41,404 nt of DNA from Octopus bimaculoides (taxonomy: Eukaryota), in contig NC_068987.1 in NCBI RefSeq assembly GCF_001194135.2, forward strand, positions 25,655,471 through 25,696,874, given 5' to 3'. The notes below the pieces were generated by a model. The model saw nothing but the letters and a program-made list of their open reading frames with translations, searched no databases and was not told the DNA's origin. Each line of letters starts with the position of its first letter. Positions within the stretch are counted from its first letter, which is position 1. The position numbers and the translations under genes were made by a program. Positions 10,773 to 21,546 of the stretch are shown in pieces.

Positions 10773-11037
10773 GTAAGAAAAAATTCCACAATGGTAAGAC
10801 CTGTCCATTGTCTATCTAAGCCATGTTACTGTAATACTAGCTGTGTTGAATTTGGCAATACTATCGGGTGTTTAAATGACTATTATATAGGAAACTGCAA
10901 CCAGGACAACAGTAAAAGCGATTTAAAGTGCAATTAGGTTTCCACTTCTTTTGGAATCATGTGTCATAAATGCTGACATTTGGAAATACAATCTAAGATT
11001 AGATGAAATGTCGTCTCTCCATGCGCAACCGTTCCAG

Positions 11038-11119
11038 ATTATGTGAAGCCAACAGGTCTGTGGCAGCAGAGCAGTTCATGGAAACCCAGAAAAATGAATG
11101 TGGCATAAGTGTTATATGG
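11038..11119 (+). CDS. Candidate internal exon (LCEANRSVAAEQFMETQKNECGISVIW), unknown gene
   Basis: GTTCCAG| ... TGG|GTGAGC; open frame in phase with both flanking candidate exons. Confidence 0.3.
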
Positions 11120-11447
11120 GTGAGCTATACACATATAAATCTTAATAATACAGTTTCCCTTGCTAATGTGCAGTCTTCATGAGAGTAATCTATTGCCAAG
11201 TTTAACGCAGCCATCCGATTCTTGGGTGACTATTGCAAGCATTCAGGCCATGTCTTTAGTCAGTATATACCTATACCTTTGTCCCTTTCTCCCCAAAGCG
11301 CGTCGGCCCTGAAAGGGGGTCATCGGTTTGTGCTTCCTCTTTTGATTAAGCGATTAAAAAAATTTGTACCATTAGGAGAATAATGTTTATTTAATGCCTC
11401 TTGATATTGCGGCAACTGATGCTTTCTTGTCGCACATCATCTTGCAG

Positions 11448-11517
11448 TTAAATAAACTGATCCACAGTGACTGTAGTGTCTTTACTGTGAACACAATACA
11501 TGTTCCAGCAGTACTGA
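11448..11517 (+). CDS. Candidate internal exon (LNKLIHSDCSVFTVNTIHVPAVL), unknown gene
   Basis: CTTTCTTGTCGCACATCATCTTGCAG| ... TGA|GTGAGT; phase 0 start. Confidence 0.3.
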
Positions 11518-11819
11518 GTGAGTACGAACTACTGACCTTTCGAACAGTCAGCTGGTGCCGTTTCGTCTCACATTCCAATATACATATTGAATACAGAGGA
11601 AACAGTTTTAAACAGTTGATTCTTTCTCCTATTATCCCTAACATCTGTATGTTTAGCCTTGTGGGTGGTAACCGAATAGAGTGTGCGTTAGGGTACGTTT
11701 GTTGGTGCGTCTATATTTGTGTGTGTGTGTGATGCTTTGATGCGTCTGAAGCTGTTTTTTCATCTGCAGTTTGGAATGCATTCGGCTGCTGTTAAGGGAA
11801 ATGAATGTTTATATCAAAG

Positions 11820-12030
11820 TCACTTCAGTGCCAACTTTACCAACACCAACACCTACAATAACATCAACAACAACAACAACAACACCAACAGCAGACCAAT
11901 ATCACCACCGTTACCACCACCACCACCACAACAACAACAACAACAGCAACAAAAAACATAAGCACCATTACTATCAGCAATGTTATAAGCGCCATCACTA
12001 CCATCAAGCACAACAACTTGCAACTATAAT
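11820..12030. repeat. (AAC/ACC/CAG)n compound microsatellite
   Basis: Direct inspection. Confidence 0.85.
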
Positions 12031-12439
12031 CATCATGGAGAATAGCTGTCTTCCCTTGTCAGTTCTACAGTCTGTGCATATATTTAATGAGCTTTGAAAT
12101 TATCGTATGAGAAATCCCTAAACTCGAACCCCATGGACTTGATGAAAGTATAGACATGCACCTAAAATAGCTAAAGTCTTAAAGAATGATGGCCCTTCAC
12201 CAACATCCAAAAGAAGACTACGTTTGCAGTGCTGAAAATGGAGGCCGAATCTCCCTCAAAACACGTCCTGTTTTAATTAATATTTGTCAGTTCTTTGGGT
12301 TTCTTTCACCGTGGCTAAGGTCATGCTGGAGCAAAAGTCTTATTGGATAATGTAACTTTGGATACACTCGTAGAAAAAAATACACGACTTGATCATGGCT
12401 CGAATGTTTTGATCATGGATTTGCTCTCTCGGTGTTGAT

Positions 12440-12690
12440 CTTTCAACAATTTCGAAACACAACTCTACTTCAGGCCTCCAGCTACACCGACCCTATATCA
12501 AACATAGAAATCTCGTTCCAAACGACTAAAAGTACCACCTACCAAATCCATTATCTTCATTTTCACCAACAACACCAGAGAACGCTAAATACGACCAACC
12601 ATGAAACCCAACAACTTAAAGATACCACTCTGCTCCATTCAGACATATCCGGGACTAAAACTAAAGCAAGTCTACCGAGGTCTGTGTCAT
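12440..12690 (+). mobile_element. Possible Penelope-like RT fragment
   Basis: ISFQTTKSTTYQIHYLHFHQQHQR resembles the PLE motif YxKPTxxxQYLHFxSxHP; weak. Confidence 0.25.
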
Positions 12691-12699
12691 TGGATTGTG

Positions 12700-12890
12700 A
12701 GGAAGCGTGTCCTAATGGTTTGGGTGTTGCGTTCACAATTGCAAGGTGGTGGTTTCGATGGTTCGTTGTGTTCTTGCGCAAAATATTTCATCTCGCGTTT
12801 CTCAGCGATCACTTCAGGATCTAACGTATGGCACACCGTACACCTGTACAGGCAACGTCGATTTGATGAAGTGAGTGAGCCAATGTCTGA
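12700..12890 (+). mobile_element. Degenerate family B SINE
   Basis: GAGGAAGCGTGTCCTAATGGTTTGGG...GGTTTCGAT...GTTGTGTTCTTGCGCAAAATATTTCAT. Confidence 0.6.
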
Positions 12891-12898
12891 GACACCTG

Positions 12899-13155
12899 CT
12901 TCGGTCTTGACTGACCATAGGATTGCACCTAGAAAGTTACCCTCCAAGGCACAAGTCCGGGCAAGGTTGTTTATGGAAGACCAGCAGTCACCCATGCATA
13001 CCAGCCTCCCCTCTCCCACACCACCGATGTTATCCAAGGGAAAGGCAAGGGCCGATACAGCTTGGCACCTGTGACGTCGCAACTCATTTCTACAGCTGAG
13101 TGAACTGGGGCAACGTGAAATAAGATGTCTTGCTCAAGAACACAACACGCAGCCG
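12899..13155 (-). mobile_element. Family B-related SINE body (headless), left arm of an inverted pair
   Basis: Reverse complement of 13177-13434; 104/120 identical in the segment aligned by eye. Confidence 0.85.
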
Positions 13156-13447
13156 TAGGGAGTTCGATTCTCGGACCGGCCTGTGTGTTGCGTTATTGAG
13201 CAAGACACTTTATTTCATGTTGTTCCAGTTGACTCAGTTGTAGAAATAAGTTGCAATGTCACTGGTGCCAAGCTGCATCGGCCCTTGCCTTTCTCTTGGA
13301 TAACATCAGTGACATGGAGAAGGGGAGGCTGGTATGCATGGGCGACTGCTGGTCTTCCGTAAACCACCTTGCCTGTACCTGTGCCTTGGAGGGTAACTTT
13401 CTTGATGCAATCTCGTGGTCATTCATGACCGAAGGGGATCTTTACCT
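13156..13447 (+). mobile_element. Family B-related SINE (B box onward), right arm of an inverted pair
   Basis: GAGTTCGATTCTCGGACCGGC...TTATTGAGCAAGACACTTTATTTCATGTTG. Confidence 0.85.
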
Positions 13448-14129
13448 TAGTACTCCACAGAAACTTGCAGATCAGAACAGACAGGTGGCACAATTAGGCC
13501 AGTTATGAAGGAACTACGATTATGAAGGCACTTATCCCACCCCAACCCTGTGAACAAAATGGATGTGCAACAAACAGGTACTGATAGATATTTTACCAGA
13601 AATTCCTTTGGTAAAGAATTATCTAGTTTTATATATAAATCGTTCTAATTTTTTTAAACTGTTCAGTTATTTATATGTACATCATGTTTATTAAATATAC
13701 ATGTATATAATATATGCACGTATATATTATATGGACATGTATGCATCTAACCGGTATATGTATACCCATAGTGCTAATTATTAAAGTACTTAATGAGCAG
13801 TTTGAAATGAGGCCTGTATTTCGCATCTGACCTGGCCTGCCCTGTTACCAGCTTTGCACAGGCTGGTATATTTGTACATGCAACGTAATCTTCAGTTAAT
13901 CTCTGGAGGTATTTTGAATTACTGATATACTCCACCAGACAGTCTTCATCGCAGTTTTCTTTTCTCCAAATTCATGTATACTGTGTGGATTGACACGAAA
14001 CTATGTTAGATGACGCTTGGCTAAGCATCGAACTTGGAACATCGTAATGACATAATGAGTTTCTTTACCATTTAGCCACGCCTATGCCCTACATCCTCGC
14101 GACGCCCGTCACAGTTGCTGACTACAACA

Positions 14130-14372
14130 TAAGAGAGACTGTATATAGTCGCACGGCCGGCTAGAAATTGTTGCGAAATCTCACTCGAAGCACACTTTCT
14201 TTAAATAAAAAAAAAGGACACATAAACAGATGTGGTCCTAGATACACAGTGTCTGAAAGAGGAAATAGAAAGAAACGAAACAAGAAGGACTGGTCGCGGT
14301 TATAATGTATTTTGATCACAACTCTACTTAATATGGACAGACCTGGGGCTAAACAGCTGCAGCAACACAGTC
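14130..14372 (+). mobile_element. Family D interspersed repeat (SINE-like)
   Basis: GTCGCACGGCCGGCTAGAAATTG...GACCTGGGGCTAAACA; related copies at about 12190-12430, 14733, 15274, 19615, 22671, 35135 and 36116. Confidence 0.7.
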
Positions 14373-14409
14373 GTTGAGAGAAACACTATTTCTGCTTTCA
14401 CATACTAGC

Positions 14410-14521
14410 ACTAGCGTCTACTACTATCAACATCACTCCTACTATACAACTACTTGTACTACAACAAATCCTACAGCCAACACCACCAGTACCATAACCA
14501 CTACAACGATTACTACTACCG

Positions 14522-14564
<43 letters not shown>

Positions 14565-14720
14565 AAGCGTGACCACCACCACTTGCATCATTACTAATAC
14601 GATCATTAGTACTACAGCTACTACTATGATCACTACTGCCATAACCATTACACCACTGACACCACTACTAACTACTGCAACTGCAACCAATACCCCACGA
14701 CCAACACCACAAAACATTAA
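14410..14720. repeat. (ACT/ACC)n degenerate trinucleotide tract
   Basis: Direct inspection. Confidence 0.9.
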
Positions 14721-14732
14721 GGTAACGTTAAC

Positions 14733-14938
14733 GTGGTCGGTTGGCGTGCTAGAAATAGCAGGCAAACTACAAACTGCCGATATGAAAAAAATAATAATAA
14801 CAGCGATAAAAGACCTATTATATGTTGTAGACCTATTGTAGTACTGAATGTTTCGTTTAAAAATATGATGGATTGGTCATGGTTAGAATGGTTGAATTAC
14901 AGGTCTGTTTGATCAGTCCTGACCTGGTGTTAAACATT
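14733..14938 (+). mobile_element. Family D repeat
   Basis: GTGGTCGGTTGGCGTGCTAGAAATAGCAG ... GATCAGTCCTGACCTGGTGTTAAACA. Confidence 0.65.
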
Positions 14939-15220
14939 TCCAGCTAATGATTCCTCTTTTCGCTGTAACAGTTACTACTACAAATACCACCCACCACCAC
15001 CACCACCACCACCACCGAATACACACGCTCTCTCTTTCTCTTCTCCCCCTCTCTCTCTTTGTCTGTCTCTTTCTTTCTCTCATATCACCAACTCCATCAG
15101 TGTTCCCATGCAACCACATCACTTTCTACATTCTGTTTCGCCGCCTCCACCATCATCTTGTATATTATTAGTGTCTACACTATTTAACACACCCATTGCA
15201 TAAAAATCTAGTAGTAACAA

Positions 15221-15251
<31 letters not shown>

Positions 15252-15273
15252 TGTATTAGTAGTTGTTGATGGT

Positions 15274-15450
15274 GTTTAGCCCCAGGTCAACTCCGTCCGA
15301 GTAGATCTATGATCAAGGGTGTTTCAGCTATGACCACTCCGTAATTTTAGGCGTATGTCTTAAGGATTACATTATCTTAAACAGACAATTGATAGAGTTT
15401 GGGATTTGAGAGATATTTAGCTGCTCTTCCTAGCAGACCGATCGAGGGTG
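15274..15450 (-). mobile_element. Family D repeat
   Basis: GTTTAGCCCCAGGTCA ... GCTGCTCTTCCTAGCAGACCGA is the reverse complement of the family D consensus. Confidence 0.7.
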
Positions 15451-15500
15451 GGTAGAGGCTTCCTTGAGAGTAGTAGAGTTGTTGGTGACAGTGGCGCTTG

Positions 15501-15546
<46 letters not shown>
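15501..15546. repeat. (GAT)n microsatellite
   Basis: Direct inspection. Confidence 0.95.
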
Positions 15547-15549
<3 letters not shown>

Positions 15550-15741
15550 GGTAGTGGTGAGAGAATCAAGTCAACGAAATATGTTGTGAGTGACTAGGAC
15601 ATCTCGTGATTTTCAGCGTGCAAACGCATGCGCAGACAAATGTGCACTTACCCCCTCTCCCCCCCTCACACCACACACATACATACACACACGCAATACA
15701 TAACGGCAAGGATACAGGATTGCAGTGTTCATAAGCCAAGC

Positions 15742-15777
<36 letters not shown>

Positions 15778-16180
15778 CGCATGTACTCTTAAGTACACTA
15801 AATATATATAGTTACATCCGCATTCACTAACACGGACACATATACACATCCCACATCCGCATACATTTAAATAATACACTCCATACAGAGACTATCACAT
15901 ATTCTTAAACACACTAAACATAAATGGCTATATCCATGCAAACATCTGCACATACACACACACATACGGAAATACATATACACACACACACATAGAAACG
16001 CATACACACGTCAGTCATTCATCCATGGACGCTACTTAAATGCTTGCAGGCATCGAATTAGCTCTGCTTGTGCATGCACATTATTGCATACACACATGTA
16101 TTATCACACTTATAGACACATAGATAGACATGCATATATTTATATGATTCACATGACCCGCCTATTTCAGTAATAACATG

Positions 16181-16228
<48 letters not shown>

Positions 16229-16242
16229 CATACATACATACA

Positions 16243-16272
<30 letters not shown>
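16181..16272. repeat. (GATA)n-(CATA)n compound tetranucleotide microsatellite
   Basis: Direct inspection. Confidence 0.97.
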
Positions 16273-16273
<1 letters not shown>

Positions 16274-16487
16274 TCATACTAATACAGATACTTTCTCAAC
16301 CTAGCTATCTAATACCTCATTCTCTCTCTTACTCTCTCTCTCTCTCTCTCTATCTCACTATTTCTCTTTCTAGCTCACGCACACGCACAATGTATGTACA
16401 GGCGATTATATATACTGTTGTGATGTACATCTTCGTGCAATAAAACAACACGCATGAACATAAACATCTACTCACACACACACACAT

Positions 16488-16533
<46 letters not shown>

Positions 16534-16611
16534 AGATTACGAACGAAACAATTGTAGCAGCACCATTCGCCGATTTTATATATTCAATGTAGGCGAATGA
16601 TACTGCTACAA

Positions 16612-16644
<33 letters not shown>

Positions 16645-16647
16645 AAG

Positions 16648-16681
<34 letters not shown>

Positions 16682-16861
16682 CTTCACACATATATACACG
16701 CACGTATACATATATGCACATATGCATAAGCACACACACACACACACACTCAGTCCCACGTATGTTGTTTTACATATAAGTGCATACTACCTTATTGGCA
16801 TTTTCTTTCTGTTGTCAAGAGAAACAGATTTCTATTTTGCCTCATAATTTCCCTGCAAACG

Positions 16862-16916
<55 letters not shown>

Positions 16917-17127
16917 TGTGTGAACATTTGTAATGCTGAATGAAAATGTATATGTCGTCACCCTTTTCGCCTTTTGTATATTGTACTTCTTTGAATAACA
17001 AACTTCTCGGTCCTGTATTCTGTTGCACTGTATATATAACCAGGTCCTAGATGAATCTACATTCTGGTGAGTGAAATCGAGAATGCTTTAAAACTTATAA
17101 AGAGATAAAAGCCTCAAGGAAAGTTGG

Positions 17128-17385
17128 TATAACTTCAAAAGGAACACATACAGAATGAAACTTGATAAAATAAGTTTAATGTTTTAATGGGGAAACATTT
17201 AACGTTTCGGATGTTAGGCCTTCATCGGGAGAAAAGAAGAGAGAGAAGATGATATAACTTTAAAATGAACACATATACAATGAAGCTTAATAATATTGGT
17301 GTAACGGTTTAATGGAGAAAGACTTAATGTTTCGGGTGTTAGCCATAATGTTTTGAGTGTTAGTCCTTCATCGGAAGAAAAAGAT
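17128..17385 (-). ncRNA. Two tandem repeats (period 125 bp), each with a degenerate minimal hammerhead motif (Penelope-terminus-like)
   Basis: Minus strand CTC-CCGATGA-AGGCCTAACATCC-GAAA-CGTT-AAA and CTT-CCGATGA-AGG...CTAACACCC-GAAA-CATT-AAG, preceded by CT-rich sequence. Confidence 0.5.
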
Positions 17386-17781
17386 GGAGAAGCATAGGAG
17401 TGTGAAAGAGAAATAGTCAATGTATAAAAAATGGAAGAAGGAAACAGGAAGAATCAAAAGGAGAGAAACCAGGTAGGAATGCTGTTATATGGTGGGGGGA
17501 GTTAAGAAGGGAGATAAGGGCATGTGTGTAGATGCATATATCGGAATGTGTGTATTTGGATATGGGCACAAGAGAAAGTGATATATAGGTGTTTAAGTAC
17601 GGTGAATGTATATATGTATTGACGTGTGCATGTGTAAAAGAATAGTGGCGTTGGTTAGTTAGAATGGTGGAGTATTTGTGTGTCTGTGATTGTTATGCTT
17701 AAAATGTGAGAGTATATATATGTATATATANNNNNNNNNNNNNNNNNNNNNNNNNNNNNNNNNNNNNNNNNNNNNNNNNNN

Positions 17782-17815
<34 letters not shown>

Positions 17816-18390
17816 ACTGTGTGTTATTTGCAAACATCTTACAGGTACAAGAGCTATCAGTTGAAAGCTTCACATACCGAACACTAACAGGCTTATGGGT
17901 CGAAGGTATCTCTCTCTCTCTCCTTCTCTTCCCCCCCTCTCTCTCTCTCTCTCTCTATCTATCTGCCTGTGTGTGTGTGTGTGTGTGTGTACACATAAAT
18001 ATTAAAAAATGTATGTATACACAAACGCGTGCGCGCTCAGTTATACATTTTAGCAGGCGTCTTTAAGCCTCCGAATGCTATCGCTGGTGTTGGTAATAGG
18101 ATAAATCTCACCCCGGAGGAAACTGATTTGAGAACATCCATTTTTCTAAAGTGGATGTGCTTAAAATGCCCTATTTCTATTCCCTGTGAAAATTCTCTTG
18201 TGTCGTCTACTAGTGTCAGAATCTTAGAAATACGTGTCGCAAACGTCCTTTTCTGGAGATCCTACTTAAGCAATACTGTTTATATGGCTATCAGAGTGAG
18301 CCCTTGAATACTCAATACTTTCCGGTCTAGATTTCCAATTGTCGTCATCTTTGTGTTCTCCACGTTTGCAGAGTCTCCGACCTTCTAGTA

Positions 18391-18741
18391 CTCTCTTTAC
18401 TCTTTTCAGTCAATTTACTATGACCATGCGAGGGCACCATCTTGTAAAGTTAGTCGGACAAATCGACTCCTGTACTTTTACTGAACAGTTAGGTTACGTG
18501 AACGTAAACAAATCAATATCGGTGGAGAGCAAATACTTTGGAACACACACACACACACACACACGCTCACACACTCCCACACAGTTTCCGCCTACCAAAT
18601 TCATCCAAAAAGAATTCTTCTATAGCCCGGAGCTATAGGGGCTATAGTAGAAGACACTTGTAGATGCCGTTGAATGGAAATGAACCTGAAACCATTAGGT
18701 TGGGAAGCGAACTTCTTTACCACATAGCAATGCCTGCGCCT
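18391..18741 (-). mobile_element. Family C SINE, degenerate
   Basis: GCTATAGTAGAAGACACTTG...GAAACCATTAGGTTGGGAAGCGAACTTCTTTACCACATAGC. Confidence 0.8.
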
Positions 18742-19214
18742 CTGTATTCAGTTACATTCACTTACTTTTACTATTCGTTTACGACTCTATTATTTCGACT
18801 CTACTCTTGTTTTCACTATAAACTTTGATATCAAAATGTTAGTTTGGTTACCGACAGCTTTTACTTATGTTTCAAATTATTGTACTTATTCAGAACTTTA
18901 TTCTCTACTGATATTATTCAACTTTGAGCTACAGTTACGAAACAACGAAGCCCGAGCGTTTTCTAATTGAGACCTTTAATTAAATTAGCTGCTCGTACTG
19001 GGTGACATAACGAAGAAAACTTGAATAAATATTTTTGTTCGCAGTTTTACTTGTTTCTTTTCTTTCCCAAATTCTGTAACGATTCAGTTGCATGTCACCG
19101 TTTATCACTTACATATACCCTGCTTATTTTTTACGTGATCCCATATTCTAGTAAAAATATATCTGAGCGACACACTGACAAGGTTTAAGGCCAGACTGTC
19201 ATCTGGCTGCTGTC

Positions 19215-19230
19215 GAACTAGATGGCGCCA
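19215..19230 (+). promoter_or_regulatory. CTCF-like binding motif
   Basis: GAACTAGATGGCGCCA matches 14/16 of CCACYAGRKGGCGCYA. Confidence 0.4.
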
Positions 19231-19363
19231 CTGTCTCAGATTCCTAGTGAACTGTTATAGAAATAACTGCCTCTCTGCGTAAAACAGTTTTCACTCAAGA
19301 CTCTCGACTTTTCCGCATATTAAAGACACATGCTCGTGATCAGTGTTCTACAGACTCAGTGTT

Positions 19364-19494
19364 AAAGACTCGCGGTCGTCGTACAAAAACTCACGGTCGG
19401 TATGCTAAAGATTCATGCTTAGTGTACAAAAGATTCACGGTTGAAGCACTAAAAGCTCACAGTTTGAATACCAAAGACTTATTCTCTGACGGTT
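19364..19494 (+). repeat. Degenerate 21-22-bp minisatellite with AAAGAYTCAC core
   Basis: Cores start at 19364, 19385, 19407, 19429, 19451 and 19473 (spacing 21,22,22,22,22). Confidence 0.75.
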
Positions 19495-19868
19495 GTTGTT
19501 GTTTAACCCTAGTCCTTATCAAAAGACTTATAACCAAAAACATTCTAGCCGCAATTATCACATCTTTTCGGACAGAGTTCATCTCAGACTACAATATCTA
19601 ATATAACATTTTTTCTTTAAAGATGGTGGAGTGATTTCAAAGAGATTCGGCTGCTATTTCCACCAGATCGAGCCACCGCGAACATGTATATTGGATTTCT
19701 ACAAGATTGAATGTGAGCCGTAGTTAGGATTGCATATGTTATTACTGAGGCTCCTGTCTAGAACAGAACTCATTATGTAAGTAGTGAAACAGCCGATAAT
19801 AGAAGTGATGTTAATTTTCGTAGAAACAACAGTGAAATTTGATCACTTATAATAACGTTTATTTACAG

Positions 19869-19971
19869 GAAAATGGAGTGAGCCAGCAAGAGGTGTCTGG
19901 ACAATGAACATAGCGCCTATGTATGAGATACGAGCCGCAATAGTTGGCATCAGCTATGTTCAAGTACACTT
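19869..19971 (+). CDS. Candidate internal exon (KWSEPARGVWTMNIAPMYEIRAAIVGISYVQVH), or non-coding exon
   Basis: TTTATTTACAG| ... CTT|GTGAGT; one frame open; no recognisable family. Confidence 0.2.
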
Positions 19972-20260
19972 GTGAGTCTGTTGTCAGAGTTCTGAAGAGG
20001 CTATTGGTAACCTGATATATTCGAACTGCTATTACTGGGCTTTTATTGCTTTTACAATATCACCCACTTGAAGATGGTTGACGGTAGAATCAGTAGAGCA
20101 TCGTTCAGTAAAGGATGTATGTTATTTAATTAGGCCTCCTGTTTAAATCCTGCTTTTCGTTTTAAGCAAATGGATAAAATAAGTACCAGACTAGAAATAC
20201 GGTCAATTTAACCATCTGCGCCCGGTTATAAAATACATGACTTTATACCGCTGTTCAATA

Positions 20261-20474
20261 ATGGTTTCAAATTTTGGCGCAAGGCCAGCAAGTTTGTGGG
20301 TGGGGATTAATCTATTACATCAAACTCAGTGTTCAACTGGTACTTATTTTATCGACTCCGAAAAATGAAAGGCAAAGTCGACCTCGATGAGATTTGAACT
20401 CAGAACGTAAAAACAGGCGAAATGCTGCCAAGCATTTTGCCCGGTATGCTAATGGTTCTGCTAACTCGCAGCCT
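20261..20474 (-). mobile_element. Family A SINE with 15-bp TSD
   Basis: Full family A sequence; TACCRCTGTTCAATA at 20246-20260 and 20475-20489. Confidence 0.9.
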
Positions 20475-21289
20475 TACCACTGTTCAATACTGATATCAGA
20501 TACTTGATTTCATGAAAAAAGCGGCTTCTCAACATACAAACCGCCAATTCATATTGGGTTTTATAAAGAAAATTACCCCACCACTACCATTCTATTGAAC
20601 GAGGCATTTTCCTTCTGATTTGTTTAGAGCAATGTACAAAAGTAAGTATAACTAATGTTACTTGTGTTGCCTGCGTAATAATGTACAACAAGCATAAGAT
20701 CTGTTCAAACTCTGATTGTTTTGCTGTTAGTTATCTTCTGCATGAAAGAAAAGCGGACGTGTTTTGGGAGAAGATAAGGAGTCAACATTAATTAAAGCAC
20801 ATCCATCGGGAAATACCAGATGAAGACTTTAGCTACCTATTCAAGTTAGCATTTCAGTTTGGTGTGGTTATTATATCTTTAAGATTTGAATCCCTGTGTA
20901 GTTAGAATTCTTTTGAGGTTCTCTTCTCTCAAGATCAGCTTTCTTTATGGAGTCTATAGAGAGAGATTCTATGTTTACTTAGATACAGAGATAACAATAC
21001 GGAGAAAAGAACTCATTATATAAACAAACAAACAAAAAATATCCAAAAATACAGGTATAGAAGGTTCGAGAAATATATTTCTGACAACTGAGTAAGGTAC
21101 AAAAAAAACGGCACGTTCTTTTTTTACAACGTGGTAGCTACGAAAACAATTTTTAAATTTAAATGTCTAACTCACTGCAGCTTTTAGAGGGTGATGGAAG
21201 TCTCTTGTTCAGTAGACCACAAATCTACAGTATATTAACTTTTAAGATATATTTGTATATATTTTGTTGCTGAATATATTGACTCATTT

Positions 21290-21318
21290 CTGCTGATGAG
21301 TCCTGATCGAAACGCCAG
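21290..21318 (+). ncRNA. Degenerate minimal hammerhead motif
   Basis: CTG-CTGATGA-GTCCTGATC-GAAA-CGC-CAG; core intact, but the cleavage-site U is missing. Confidence 0.35.
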
Positions 21319-21368
21319 CCTTCCTCCAGGCAAATTCACATAGCGAACTATATACGTATATATATACG

Positions 21369-21413
<45 letters not shown>

Positions 21414-21546
21414 CGTACGCACAGATGCATGTATGAATGTATGTGTGTGTGTGTATATGTGTATGTATGTATAGTGTACTGTTCCGTTATTCGTAGGTTC
21501 AACAAAAAGTAGTACTCCACCTACTTAATAAACACTGAACATAAAT

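Noticed and set aside
11096-11119. CGISVIW resembles ESCO1/2 CGISRIW
   Set aside because: The flanking residues show no acetyltransferase similarity.
12601-13508. ORFs of 85-157 aa at 12.6-13.5 kb
   Set aside because: They are chance frames through the inverted SINE pair.
14374-14841. Thr-rich mucin-like 155-aa ORF
   Set aside because: Made of (ACT/ACC)n repeat plus family D repeat sequence; no signal peptide or splice context.
18029-18307. 92-aa non-repetitive ORF
   Set aside because: No recognisable domain or convincing splice or start context.
19364-19494. CRISPR-like reading of the repeat/linker array
   Set aside because: Eukaryotic context, no cas genes, constant part only about 10 nt and degenerate, linkers 10-13 nt and partly related to each other.
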